A stretch of 64,000 nucleotides of DNA from a virus: the IMG/VR virus record IMGVR_UViG_3300047445_000314, positions 1-64,000 of that record; one strand, given 5' to 3'. The position numbers were made by a program, and so were the translations under genes. Under the pieces are notes generated by a model, which was not told the origin of the DNA, ran no database searches, and saw only the letters and a program-made list of their open reading frames with translations. Below, piece after piece: positions 9,676-20,810 of this stretch (positions within the stretch are counted from its first letter, which is position 1; each line of letters starts with the position of its first letter).

Positions 9676-10015
9676 AACGCTATGAAAGCATGATCCGCCT
9701 CCTGACAAAGGCGCGCAGGCGCATTGAGCGCAACCAAAGCTACGCGATCTGTGCAGCGCTTGAACATCAGGAATCCATGGGCTTAAACGCCAACGAGGTG
9801 AACGACCATATCGACTATCTGAGGACCTATATCATGCAGCAGATAGGTAGGTATGGTTACCTGCATCACTGGAGTACGTACGCCGCTGGGCGTGGTCGGG
9901 AAATGATGCCGATGGATGACCGGCGCGACCTGCGCCTGCGCTACATCGACTGGATGATTCAGTGCTACCGCGAACTCATCGTGGAGAGGGACGCGAAGGG
10001 AAGGAGCGCCAAAAA

Positions 10016-10237
10016 ATGACCCATGCCAAGATCACCCGCCTGCGCTTCATCGATTTTTTACTGGACCAGTACGGCACCATCAACCGTAGTGCCATCATGG
10101 ATTACTTTGACCTGTCCATGGTGCAGGCCAGCCTGGACCTGAATGAATACATTACCCACGCGCCGATGAACACCGTGTACGACAAGTCGGCCCGGTGCTA
10201 CCGACGTGCCGAAACCTTTGTACGGGTGTGGCCATGA
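10016..10237 (+). CDS. Stand-alone CapW/BrxR-type wHTH domain protein (no WYL domain)
   Basis: 'RLRFIDFLL..YGTINRSAIMDYFDLSMVQASLDLNEY...APMNTVYDKSARCY' matches the recalled N-terminal wHTH of CapW-like WYL repressors. Confidence 0.75.
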   Translation: MTHAKITRLRFIDFLLDQYGTINRSAIMDYFDLSMVQASLDLNEYITHAPMNTVYDKSARCYRRAETFVRVWP

Positions 10238-10509
10238 CCCGTACACCTACTGAGGCCGAAATACTAACCATCGCCACCCATCGTGATTTTACTGTCCACA
10301 AATACAACTACCGCCATGAGAAGCTGCGCAAGCTGACGCGCCGCATGGCACAGGACGGCAAGCTGACGATGGTTATGTATGACGGCAAGCAGTTTTACTA
10401 CCGCACGCCGAGCGCGGTGGACACCAAAGAGCAGGGCGCGGCGGTATAATGAACTTGTCATGGATTTGACATTGATTGCAAAACGTTTCACTACTTTGAA
10501 AGGTATATC

Positions 10510-11058
10510 ATGAGTGACGCAGGATACAACTCGCAATACATCAGCTCATCCGCCTCTGGCGCGGCGGCCTCCGCCGTGGCTATCTTCGCAGGCTTCATGG
10601 ACGCTGGCATCGCACATATGCGTGGCATCCCCGCCGAGCGCACCGACGCCATCACCTGGCACCCGGCCGACCTGTACAAAGAAGAGATCGGCAAGGGCGC
10701 GTACGGCTGTGACAGCATCTACGGCATGCTGGCAAGCTGGGGTAGCATGGTGCAGGTGCTATGGGATGGCGTGCAGGCGACCGGCGCGGAGGCACCCGGC
10801 GTGTTCGACTACGAGGTGTCCGAGGAGTTCGGCGGCTGGTTCTGGCGGCGCAGTTTTGAGCGGAAGGCGGAACCCACGCACGAAGAATGTAAGCTGAAGC
10901 TGGGCGAACTTTGCTGGGACTTCTTCTATTGCGAGCGGGATGGCGTCGGCATGAACGATGTCCCTGCGGCCGATTTTGCTGGCTCCACCCCCACCGCCGA
11001 TGTGATCGAACAGATCACCGGCTACCGCGCCGCCGCCAAGCCGACCCCACCGAGGTGA
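10510..11058 (+). CDS. Hypothetical protein
   Basis: TATAAT, a palindrome site and a leader motif lie upstream. Confidence 0.7.
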   Translation: MSDAGYNSQYISSSASGAAASAVAIFAGFMDAGIAHMRGIPAERTDAITWHPADLYKEEIGKGAYGCDSIYGMLASWGSMVQVLWDGVQATGAEAPGVFDYEVSEEFGGWFWRRSFERKAEPTHEECKLKLGELCWDFFYCERDGVGMNDVPAADFAGSTPTADVIEQITGYRAAAKPTPPR

Positions 11059-11288
11059 CGCCATGACCGAAGACCAAGTGAAAGAGTTGCGGACGTTCGC
11101 TATGAACGTCATTGATCTGGAAGCCAAGGGCTACAGCATATTTGACGCTGAGATGGTCGGGGATGTGCAGCTTTTGACCGACCGCGCCGCCGACATCGTG
11201 GCGCTGTGCGACATGGTACTGGGCCTTCACGCGTAGCCGTGCCCGATGTAGAATAGATTCATACCAACTCATCTTGAAGGAGAGAAGC

Positions 11289-11756
11289 ATGCTGCCCCGC
11301 ACACCGATTAAACAGAGCGTCCTGGAGAGCAGGCTGAAGGAAGCTATCGAGGCCGCCCGCGCCCAAAACGGTATCGCCCGCATTGCCGTGGAGGTGATGC
11401 GCCGATTCGACGGCAAAACGACCAACGCCCGCATCGCCACTGCACTGAAGGAGGCGCTGCCGGTATGGACTGTCTTCTATGAAGCACGCACTGTGCAGAT
11501 ATGGGGGAATGGCCTGAGCTACGACAACCGTCTGAGCTTCAACCTGATCGTGCGGCAATCCTATGGTTCGCCGTTTGATTATAACGGCACGGAGATCGAG
11601 CTGAGGCACTACCTTCGTGGCGACGAGCACGCCGACAAGCTGCAAGCGATCCTGAACGCCGCGCCGGGACTGGTTAACCGCTATAACGCGGTGCTTACCG
11701 AGCTGGGTAATGCGCGCGATGCCTTTGGTGAAGCACGCTATCTGGTCCAAGGATAA
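11289..11756 (+). CDS. Hypothetical protein
   Basis: GGAGAG RBS; ATG 11289. Confidence 0.7.
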   Translation: MLPRTPIKQSVLESRLKEAIEAARAQNGIARIAVEVMRRFDGKTTNARIATALKEALPVWTVFYEARTVQIWGNGLSYDNRLSFNLIVRQSYGSPFDYNGTEIELRHYLRGDEHADKLQAILNAAPGLVNRYNAVLTELGNARDAFGEARYLVQG

Positions 11757-12037
11757 ATCCTCCTGGTATGGCGCGTAGGGTTTTATAAGACTATACTTAA
11801 TACATCACCACACCACTTAGAAAAGGGTACAGCAATGAAACTGATCAAACTCCCCGATACCAATATCCACATCAACCCTGACCATATCAGCGGTGTCGAG
11901 GGCCACAACGAATCCGGCAACCCCGACACCCGCAGCATCCTGCGGTGCCGTATCGGAGGCATAGACCGCAGGTTCTTCTACCGGATGGAGCCGGAGGACC
12001 TGGCCGCGCTGCTCAACGATGTGATCGCGGAGGCCGT

Positions 12038-12787
12038 ATGAAAACCACCTACTCAGACGGCGAGATCGTGGAGCGCGGCGGGTATCGCTTCCGTGTCAAC
12101 TACCCCAACGACGAGGACCACGAGGCACCCTGGAACGACGGCGACGGACAGGGTATCGTGATCGAGCCGAATCGCTACACGCAGGCCAAGAAACCCGGCT
12201 GGCGAGTACTCCATAGCGGCGACCGCTGGGACAAATGGTACTTCGACTGGCAGGGCACCATCGCTAAGGCCAAGCTGGAAGGCTGGGGGCTGGGGCCGGA
12301 GGGGATCGCCGCGCTGGCCTGGAAGCTCAAACGCGACCCGACCCCCGGTGAAATCAACGAGGAGGCGGTAGAACAGAACTTCCAGTGGATGCGTGGTTTC
12401 CTGCGAGACGATTGGTGGTACTGTGCAATTATCATCACCCACCTGCCCGACCCGGACGACGATACCGTGCCGAGGGATTACCACCCCGACCACGCTTGCT
12501 GGGGGTTCGACACCTCCTCCCCTGAGTACATCGCCGAGGAGACTGACAGCATGATCGACAACTACATCGGCGAGCTGGATACGATGGCCGCGCAGGAAAG
12601 GCGGGAAGAAGAAGCCGCCGCGCTGGAACGAGAACGCCTGGACGACGAGGCGCGAGAGGCGGTGGTCCTGCTCTGGAAAGAGATCACGAACTGGCGTTTC
12701 GGGCAAAACGCACCCACCACCGCCAACATGCTCGCCGCGCTGGAGTACCTGGCAGGGCGCGTTGGTACACCCTACCCACCACAATAA
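12038..12787 (+). CDS. Conserved phage hypothetical protein
   Basis: ATG overlapping the previous stop; acidic, Trp-rich. Confidence 0.7.
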   Translation: MKTTYSDGEIVERGGYRFRVNYPNDEDHEAPWNDGDGQGIVIEPNRYTQAKKPGWRVLHSGDRWDKWYFDWQGTIAKAKLEGWGLGPEGIAALAWKLKRDPTPGEINEEAVEQNFQWMRGFLRDDWWYCAIIITHLPDPDDDTVPRDYHPDHACWGFDTSSPEYIAEETDSMIDNYIGELDTMAAQERREEEAAALERERLDDEAREAVVLLWKEITNWRFGQNAPTTANMLAALEYLAGRVGTPYPPQ

Positions 12788-14089
12788 GGAGGCATCATGC
12801 TCAGTGATGTAAAGCTACGCTGGCGCGAGGACGAGGATCATAGCAAGGAAGTTGCACTGGAGATCGACGGCGAATTCAAGATCGCGTGGCACGACAACGA
12901 TGCGGTGGTCATGCGTAAACCGAGCATGTTTAATGGCAACCCAGACCAACGCTATCTGGCCGAAGGCGTCGTGTTGCAGATGCTGCACGAGGCCTATCGC
13001 GCCGGTCGTGAAAAAGGCGAGCAGCAGCTTACCGCTGTTCGTCAATTACTCAATGCACCATAGGAGGCATCATGCCTGAAATCAAACCGGTGAAGGTTTT
13101 CACAAAAGATCAGCCATGCACCAAGCTGGAAATCCATAATTGTTTCGCTGGCCCGCACGGGTATATTGCGCGGCCGGTCGTGGAAGCGCAGGGAGAGATC
13201 GGAAAAAACGCACCCAAGCACATGCTGTCCAAGCTGTACCTGGTCTACCGCACGGTCGGTAATATCGACTATTACGAGCTGACGCGGACCGGCACAATTT
13301 GGCTGCATGACGGCCTGGCAGCGTACTTGAAACACCATCCAGACCGTCAAAAAGACGTCAAAGTGGTCAGTTCCAGCGTACCCAAACCCGCCACCGCCGT
13401 GCGGGTAGCGCGCAGTCCTCGCAAGGCGTAGAATCACATTAAAGCGCGAGAACGCACACATTTTGCAATTGCTTGCAATTTAACGAAAATATTCTAACCA
13501 CCTGAGAGGTCTATCATGAGCACTGTATCCACCACCAAAGTCTACAAACGCAGCACCAATGGCAGCGCGCTGTCCCCTCCCGACCCGGTAGTCGCCGCCG
13601 ATCTGGTCGCGCTGGCGGCCGGGGTGAATTTCACCTCGGTAGTCAAGGTCATGCTGGCGATCAATGCCGTGGCCGATCACTACGGGGTGACGCCGGAGCT
13701 GGTCATGTCTCCTTCCTTCATCCCGGCGCAGGGTGCCAACGATGAGCGTTTCGACGCCACCGAACAGGCCGCGCTGGGGCTGGAGGACAACCCGCTGATC
13801 TGGCAATACGAAAAGGAACTGCATTTCATTTCCCGCCGCCGCCACAACCGGGAGCGCGCGTGGGCACGTACGCCACATAACGGAGAACGTGATGTCGGAT
13901 AAAGACCCACGCGACTACCAGCAACTGTGGCGCGAGACCCTGGAGACGGAGCGCAAACTGCGTGAGGCGGAAGCCCAAGCGGAGAACGCCACCACCATCT
14001 ACCACCTGGCCATCGCCCTGTTCTCCGTCGTCGGCGTCGCCGCCATCGCTGCCCTGATATTCGCCTTGTAACCACCCTGCGAGGACATC

Positions 14090-14572
14090 ATGCAAGCTCC
14101 CGCTATTGTTTATGACACCAGCCTGTGCAGCGACCCGGCGTTGTTGCTCGACCGCGCCACGCTGCTCCCCGGCGATGACGAGCCAACCCTGGCCCCGGAC
14201 GGCGAATTATTCGTCCTGTCGCCCGCCGGGCAGGCCCTATACTGGACCATGATCGAGACCGGTGTGGCGGAGATCACGCTGCTCGATATCGACGCCATCA
14301 TGGTGCGCTTCCTGATCCACAACAAGGTGTGGGGTCACATGCGCTACGCGGCCGGTGGCAAGGGCATCACCTTTACCCGCGATGAGCTGGTCGCGTTGGT
14401 CGGTTTCAAGGTCGCCATCCCCGCCATGACTGAACACCATTTCAATCACCTGACCATGGCGCGCTTGCGCCGCTATGCCAAGACCGCCATGTTCAATGGT
14501 GTCCTGGGAGTGGCGCATACCAAGAAAGCGAAGGGCGCGGTGAAGCCCACGCAGCATTCTGCTACGGCATAA
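14090..14572 (+). CDS. Hypothetical protein
   Basis: GAGGA RBS. Confidence 0.65.
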   Translation: MQAPAIVYDTSLCSDPALLLDRATLLPGDDEPTLAPDGELFVLSPAGQALYWTMIETGVAEITLLDIDAIMVRFLIHNKVWGHMRYAAGGKGITFTRDELVALVGFKVAIPAMTEHHFNHLTMARLRRYAKTAMFNGVLGVAHTKKAKGAVKPTQHSATA

Positions 14573-15300
14573 TAAAGTCTCTACCTTGAAACGGAGAACA
14601 AAATGACTACCCGATCCATTAGCGACGACGATTTGTGCGCAGATTGCACGCATTGCGGCTATCAGCCTGGCGACAGCAGTACCTGCGCCAAGGACTGGCC
14701 TGGCATTTTCGACCAGAACGGTTATTGCGTAAGCTGCGTCAGCTTCATTCCCATCCTGAAATGGGGCGATAACATACCAGAGAGCGGTACGAACTGACCG
14801 CACATGCGGCGACTGCCAAGATCAACCCGCTACCTTGAAAGGAGCAACCATGCCACGCGAAACGCTCAACAACGATGACGTGCCGGAACAGCCACAAGGC
14901 GTCCTGATGCACGGCTACCTGAACATCTACCGTTCCGGGTTCTTCCACCGCGAAAACAAACCTGGCAACATGGACCGCCACGCGGGCGACCTGTACGCCA
15001 GCATGGCGCAGGCGCTGGCCGATATCGATCCGCCCTCGCACTACGTCGCCACCGTCCCGGTCTCCTGGTACGACACCGAGCAGGTGAAAGTCAACCCGCC
15101 CGACGCCGTGCCGGTCCCGCTCTCCGTATCGCGCAAGGCCTTCGCAGCCAAGCAGGCGGTGGCGGCATGAACCCGCTCTGTTACGCTTGCGGCGAGCGCG
15201 AGTTCGCCACGCTGGAGGCGGCGGTGGCTTATGCCAGCACCGTCTTCGATGAACAAGGTATCGTGCTCGGCATTACCATCGCGCCACCCAAGGAGCTAAC

Positions 15301-15747
15301 ATGCTGACGCAGCTACTCACCCACGGCCTGTCCATGCCCGACTTGGGGCTGGCCGTCCCGCGCGTGGCGGTCGGCGTCTTCTTTGCTATTTCCGGCTACC
15401 ACAAGCTGTTCAACGCCCAACGCCATGCGCGCCTAAAGCACACGCTGGTCGAGGACATGGTGCCTTGCCCGCGCTTCATGGAATGGTGGGTCCCGTTCTG
15501 GGAACTGGCCTCCGGCGCGGCCCTGGCGATGGGTTTTTTATCCGCCTTCAACGCGGCGGTCCTGCTCATCGTATGCCTGGTCGCATGCGTGTGCGAGTCG
15601 CGCGGTAAGATCGCCAAATACGGCCCGATCGACAGGGCCGACTGGCTGGATGATCTATTGTACCTACCCGAAGTTTTATACAGCCTGATCCTGGTCGGCA
15701 TCCTCGCGGCCGGTCCTGGCGGCTACAGCATTGATGCATTGATGTAA
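15301..15747 (+). CDS. DoxX-family membrane protein
   Basis: 'RVAVGVFFAISGYHKLF', 'WELASGAALAMGF' and C-terminal 'GPGGYSIDA' are DoxX hallmarks. Confidence 0.85.
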   Translation: MLTQLLTHGLSMPDLGLAVPRVAVGVFFAISGYHKLFNAQRHARLKHTLVEDMVPCPRFMEWWVPFWELASGAALAMGFLSAFNAAVLLIVCLVACVCESRGKIAKYGPIDRADWLDDLLYLPEVLYSLILVGILAAGPGGYSIDALM

Positions 15748-15796
15748 GATAGTAGCTATACAATCATTCACCTAGACAGGGAAGGAGTAAAACCCC

Positions 15797-16459
15797 ATGG
15801 CAATCAAGCGACAATTTGTGTGGGCCGAGGATCAAGACTACGGCGGCACCGGCTGGAAGCCGAAAGGCATCCCGGACTTCAACGTGGTTAGCGGCCCGTT
15901 CATCGTGCATGATGTCCTGGAGCACTTCAGCCCGACCGACGCGAGTCTGGAAGCGGAGTTCCTGGCCTTCGGCTCGATCCTGTACCTGCGCGCGGAGACC
16001 GAATGGTGGGCGCATACGAATGCATACCACACCGACCCCGCCGAACATATGGCCTCCGACGTGTACAACTTCCTGGCCGACGAATACGGCAAGGATAGCA
16101 GGCTACGTAGTCCGGGGCGTACCACGCGCCTGGAGGAGGACCTGGAGGACATCCTGACGCGTGTCGGCGAAAAGGCCATGCGCCTGTTCCACAGCGAAGG
16201 GCGCGACATCACCTATGGTGCCATGACCAGTGGCATCAACAACGCCATCGCCTGGATGCGCAAGGGCTACCGCAAGGCAGCAAAGCGCTGGAACCTTGAC
16301 TTGAACGAGCGGATCGAGTTGCTCAGCAATGTGACGGAAGCGGCTGAGCGCGCCGGTAAGTATGGCGACTATGGCGACATCCTGACGGTCAGCGTGGACA
16401 AGCATACGCTGAAGGCGCGCGCGTGGGTCACGCATCCTTACGACAACGACGATTACTGA
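15797..16459 (+). CDS. Hypothetical protein with HDxxEH motif (paralog of 17685-18416)
   Basis: 'GW.P...HDVLEH...SLEAEFLAFGSILYLRAE'. Confidence 0.75.
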   Translation: MAIKRQFVWAEDQDYGGTGWKPKGIPDFNVVSGPFIVHDVLEHFSPTDASLEAEFLAFGSILYLRAETEWWAHTNAYHTDPAEHMASDVYNFLADEYGKDSRLRSPGRTTRLEEDLEDILTRVGEKAMRLFHSEGRDITYGAMTSGINNAIAWMRKGYRKAAKRWNLDLNERIELLSNVTEAAERAGKYGDYGDILTVSVDKHTLKARAWVTHPYDNDDY

Positions 16460-16582
16460 AGCACCAAGGGCGACTTGCTGGCGGCCTAACCATGAACTGG
16501 CCAGCTATAATGGAATTGTTCGCAGGCCACCCGCGCCGGGCGATCCGAAATATCAAAACATCTTACCCTGAGAGGAAACGTT

Positions 16583-17269
16583 ATGAAGACCATTGAAGCC
16601 CTGATCCCCGCGCCGACCGCGCAGGCCACCCCTGTCGTCGGCAAGCCCAAATCGCTGCGCAAAGGCAAAGCAGCACAGATTACCGCCGCCGCGCCTGCGG
16701 AAGATAGCGCGTGGCCCTTCCCGACCACGGCCAAGGAACTCCTGAAGACCGAGACCAAGCCCGAAGTCAAGACCCTGTCGCCGTCCAGCATCAAGGCCAA
16801 GAACACGGCCAAGCCCAAGGTGCAGGAGAAAGTCAAGGACACCGCGCCGGTCGCTGTCGAGACCTTCACGCCGCGTCTGATGACCAAGGGCCAGCCCATC
16901 TTTGCACTCGACGAGCTGCGCCGTCCGGGTTCCGGCGCGATGCTGTTCGCCCACACCCACGCCGTCCTGACGATCCTCGGCATGCTGGATGCGGCGCGAC
17001 CGGCTGTCAGCAAGTCGGCCCTGCTCACCATGATCGGCAAAAGCGCCGTGAACCACCACACCAAGAAGGATAATCTGGAGAGCGCGCCGGACAACAAGAT
17101 TCGCCTTTCTGTTACGGGCTACAACTTCTTCAAGGCGCGTGTCAGCGAGAACAAGTTCAGTTCGAACGTTGCCAGCGCCTACCAGTCGGCGATCCTGGAC
17201 GGCACCCCTAGTGATCTGACCAGCCCCAAGGTCACGAAGGCCAGCCTGTACCAAGTATCGTTCGGCTAA
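16583..17269 (+). CDS. Protein with a K/A/P-rich N-tail and putative wHTH (paralog of 34425-35012)
   Basis: Shares the 'GSGA.LFAHT.A.L' and 'L(S/T)..G..(F/H)F.AR' motifs with 34425. Confidence 0.75.
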   Translation: MKTIEALIPAPTAQATPVVGKPKSLRKGKAAQITAAAPAEDSAWPFPTTAKELLKTETKPEVKTLSPSSIKAKNTAKPKVQEKVKDTAPVAVETFTPRLMTKGQPIFALDELRRPGSGAMLFAHTHAVLTILGMLDAARPAVSKSALLTMIGKSAVNHHTKKDNLESAPDNKIRLSVTGYNFFKARVSENKFSSNVASAYQSAILDGTPSDLTSPKVTKASLYQVSFG

Positions 17270-17684
17270 CAGGCAGCACCGCCCTGCGCCCGGAGCGCAG
17301 GGTTTGCAGTCAACAACAAAAGGAGCGGCACACCATGGTTAAAGAGATCATCGAGATACAACTGAGTAACGCACCCTACCACGCCGAAGTGGCATACGCC
17401 AACGCGATGAGGCGCGCGGTGGAGGTAGCACCGGGGTACGTGACATTGCGCTTCACCGATATGGAGTCGCTGGATTTATTCACGCAACATCTGGAATACA
17501 GCGCAGGCTACACCTACCATATGGAGCGTGACGATTGTAGCAACATCGGGTTCACCTACAACAAGGACGGTGTCGCAGTCTTCTCCTTCGCGCCGGGCTA
17601 CCACCTGGATTCGGAAATCACCCTGCTCAAGTAGGGCGCGCAGGGTTTTGCAATCAATCTCAAACTACCTTGAAGGGAGAAACC

Positions 17685-18416
17685 ATGCAACTGATCCGAG
17701 AATTCATCTGGGAAAAGAACCAGACTACCCATGGCTACGGCTGGCGGCCGGTCAGCATGCCACAGTTCGATGCAGGTGGCCCGCTACATGTCGCGCACGA
17801 CGTTCTGGAACATGAGAGCTATAGCGACGGTTCGCTGGAGGAGGAAATGCGCGCGCTGGGTGCGACCATCTTCCTGCGCGGCGAGGGCGGCTGGTATAGG
17901 CACATCAGCGACAACAGTGAGCAAGTCAACTTCGCCAAGTCCAGCGCGCTGGATACCGCGTCGTTCATCTTTAGCGACAAGCGCCCGTTGCCTGCCCCGG
18001 AGAGTGTACCGGAGGTGCCGACGCGGGCGACGATGTTCCTGCGCACCACCAAGCGCTGGGCGGAGAATAACTGGGACTCCGTCAAGAACATGGTACGGCA
18101 GGACGCAGGCTGGTCCGCCGCCGAGCTGGCGCAGCGCCTGGAGGCCGCGTTGGCGTGGGCCAAGATTGGCTACACACATGCCGCCACCCGCTACGCTGGC
18201 TTGACCAAGCACGACCGCCTGAATATGTTCAAGGCGGTGGAGGACGCGGTCTCCCGGACGCAGTATCTCGCTGGCCCCGGCGACACCATGACCTTGATCG
18301 TGGACACCGAAACGAAAAGCGTGGACCGCAAGATCGTCCACGCCGCAGGCAACGAACTCAGTGATTCGGAGCGCATGCGGCGCGCGCTGTATGCCATGCT
18401 GGGCGTCGGACGCTGA
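17685..18416 (+). CDS. Hypothetical protein with HDxxEH motif (paralog of 15797-16459)
   Basis: 'GWRP...HDVLEH...SLEEEMRALGATIFLRGE'. Confidence 0.75.
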   Translation: MQLIREFIWEKNQTTHGYGWRPVSMPQFDAGGPLHVAHDVLEHESYSDGSLEEEMRALGATIFLRGEGGWYRHISDNSEQVNFAKSSALDTASFIFSDKRPLPAPESVPEVPTRATMFLRTTKRWAENNWDSVKNMVRQDAGWSAAELAQRLEAALAWAKIGYTHAATRYAGLTKHDRLNMFKAVEDAVSRTQYLAGPGDTMTLIVDTETKSVDRKIVHAAGNELSDSERMRRALYAMLGVGR

Positions 18417-18983
18417 GTACCGCGCGACCAAGCCATGTGGTACAATGTTACCATCGACCAACCCGCGACGCCTGCCCCGGCGTCGTTTCATAGTATGACC
18501 ACTGAGAAGATGAACACCACCAATATTACGCTGGACAGCGAGCAGATAGGTATCATCCTGCAATGGGCCTATCAGGCCGCACAGTCACAAAAACAGCCCG
18601 AACAGGAAACAGCCCTTAGACGCCATCTATTCATCGCGCAGGCGCAAACCATCATCAACCCGCAGGGAGACAACCATGAATGACGAAACACCACAGACAG
18701 CCCCACAGACGGCGACACAAGCGCGCATCGAACAGGAACATCGCCAGCGCCATGCCAGCAAGCAGGTCGCGGTGGCCTACCATCTATCCAAGGGACTCAG
18801 TGAGCTGATGAGTGCCATCGTCATGGATGCGAAGCATCTACCGGATCATGAACACCACGCGCTGGCTACGGCGTCACATCACGCGCATGCGGTGTTCGTC
18901 CGGCTGAACAGCATCATTCTGGATTATGGCAACCAGCCACCCGGCGCGAGGAAGGGTCGCGACCCTGTCAGAGCGGAGTAGCC

Positions 18984-19328
18984 ATGAACTACGACGAATA
19001 TGCTATTCTGCAACAGAGAACAGGCCGTACCACGCGCATGCTGTACAAGGCGTTGGAGTACTGGCGCGCACGCCGCGCCGTCTACGTCATCGCCATGAAC
19101 CTGCGAGAGAAGAAGCGGCTTGAGCAGATGCTGATCGAGATATGCGGCGGAGAGTACCCACGCGGCCTGTCGCTGGAGATGCCCAACCTGATGGAAAGCC
19201 TCGACCGGCAGACACTGCGGCTGCGCCACGCCCACCCGAATTGCATCGTGCTCATTGACCACGCTGCCATCGAAGCCGAGTTTGCCGGACTGATCGCCGA
19301 ACTGCACCGCTATGACCAAGAATCCTAA
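18984..19328 (+). CDS. Small P-loop-like protein
   Basis: 'QQRTGRTTRML' Walker A-like motif and 'IVLIDH' Walker B-like motif. Confidence 0.5.
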   Translation: MNYDEYAILQQRTGRTTRMLYKALEYWRARRAVYVIAMNLREKKRLEQMLIEICGGEYPRGLSLEMPNLMESLDRQTLRLRHAHPNCIVLIDHAAIEAEFAGLIAELHRYDQES

Positions 19329-19652
19329 ATTACCCACTAAACCCACCCGCGCGGTGGGCACGCCTCGCGTAATACTAACGAAAGGTGCTGACGCCATCGC
19401 CGCGCTGGCCGCGTTGGCATCCTTTGAAACCCTGAAACCTATCTCCCTGACCGATGACGATTTGCGGCTGGTAAAATGGCTGATTGCTGGCCACCCGAAC
19501 GAGAAGGATGAGGATGTGCAGGCCCTGCGCGCCAAGGCCGAGCACATCCTGGAGGACAGAAAAATAAAGCGACTGAAGGCGCGCAGGCCCTTCTGATAAG
19601 GTATAGTTACTACATACCGCAGCAAAACAACCCACCTTGAAAGGGGATAGCC

Positions 19653-20234
19653 ATGATGAATTACAATCCGTCATCCGAACCTGGCACCGAGCGCATCATG
19701 CTCCTCGCGCTGGACCCGCAGCCATCCTACGGCAGCGACTTCGGAAGCCTGCGCGCCTACGTCGTACGCAAGGCGCAATCCCACGCCATCAACCCTGACA
19801 CCGGGCGCAAGACCTACTGGGACGGAGAGAGCGTAGCCGGTGTGCGCAATACCTCCTGGATGAGCAACAAGCCCAACGCGCTGTATGTCGAGGACTTCTG
19901 TGTTGTTTGCCAGTTCGACCGTACCGGCGACAGCGCAGGCAAGCTGTATGGCAGCGACATCGTGTTCAAGGATGCCCACCGCATCGAAGCGCGTGAGGCT
20001 GAGCAGATGCATCGCACCTTCAGCACCGTGAACCGCAAGCTCGACAAGCTGGGCGAAAAGTTCGGCAACCTGCACAGCAACAAGTACGCCGAATTGATCC
20101 TGCGCGTCGCCAGCATACTGGGTATCGAGGCCTTCGCGCTGATGACGGAGTATACGCTGATCACGCGCACCAGTGGCGCGTCGAACGTCCAGTACATGGT
20201 GGACAAGTTGGTCAACACGGCGCTGGGCCGGTAA
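19653..20234 (+). CDS. Hypothetical protein
   Basis: TGAT-N4-TATAGT promoter and CACCTTGAAAGGGG leader upstream. Confidence 0.7.
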   Translation: MMNYNPSSEPGTERIMLLALDPQPSYGSDFGSLRAYVVRKAQSHAINPDTGRKTYWDGESVAGVRNTSWMSNKPNALYVEDFCVVCQFDRTGDSAGKLYGSDIVFKDAHRIEAREAEQMHRTFSTVNRKLDKLGEKFGNLHSNKYAELILRVASILGIEAFALMTEYTLITRTSGASNVQYMVDKLVNTALGR

Positions 20235-20522
20235 AAATGAAATTGATTGCAAACCAAAGGAGAAATGACGTGAGATTCGCTACCTTCATCAAGAGATATG
20301 TACCCAACATGATCGAGACACTGCCCGATCAGATACAGCGCTACAGCGCTGCGTCAGAGGCCATACGCCGCAGCGACATCAGCCACATCTGGACCTGCAT
20401 TGAGGCGGACAACGTAGGATGTATCGTGCCCGGCTTCCACCGCGTCAACGCCGAGTACTATGTCGTGACGGCCCATCCGTGGGAACGTGACACGCTGGTC
20501 GTTAACCTGTAAGGGCAGAGCC

Positions 20523-20810
20523 ATGGGACCTCTGCTCATCAAAACAACGTACTTCAGCCACCGCGAGACACTGAAGACCAACCGCAGCACCGATTCCAAC
20601 CGCGCGGTGGCGCAGGCGGTGCTGCACATGCAGGTCAATCATTACGGTGCCGACGTCGCGCAGGTGTACGACGACAACTCCGGCGAACTGCATGCCGAGG
20701 TCAAGCGCTATAAGGACGGTTCGATCCGCATCACCTACCGCCGTGATCCGGCCAAGTACGAACGCAAACTCGCGCTGGCCGCCTTCCTGCCGCACCTTGC
20801 CGCAGACTGA
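20523..20810 (+). CDS. Conserved phage hypothetical protein
   Basis: 'HMQVNHYGADVAQVYD..GELHA'. Confidence 0.65.
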   Translation: MGPLLIKTTYFSHRETLKTNRSTDSNRAVAQAVLHMQVNHYGADVAQVYDDNSGELHAEVKRYKDGSIRITYRRDPAKYERKLALAAFLPHLAAD

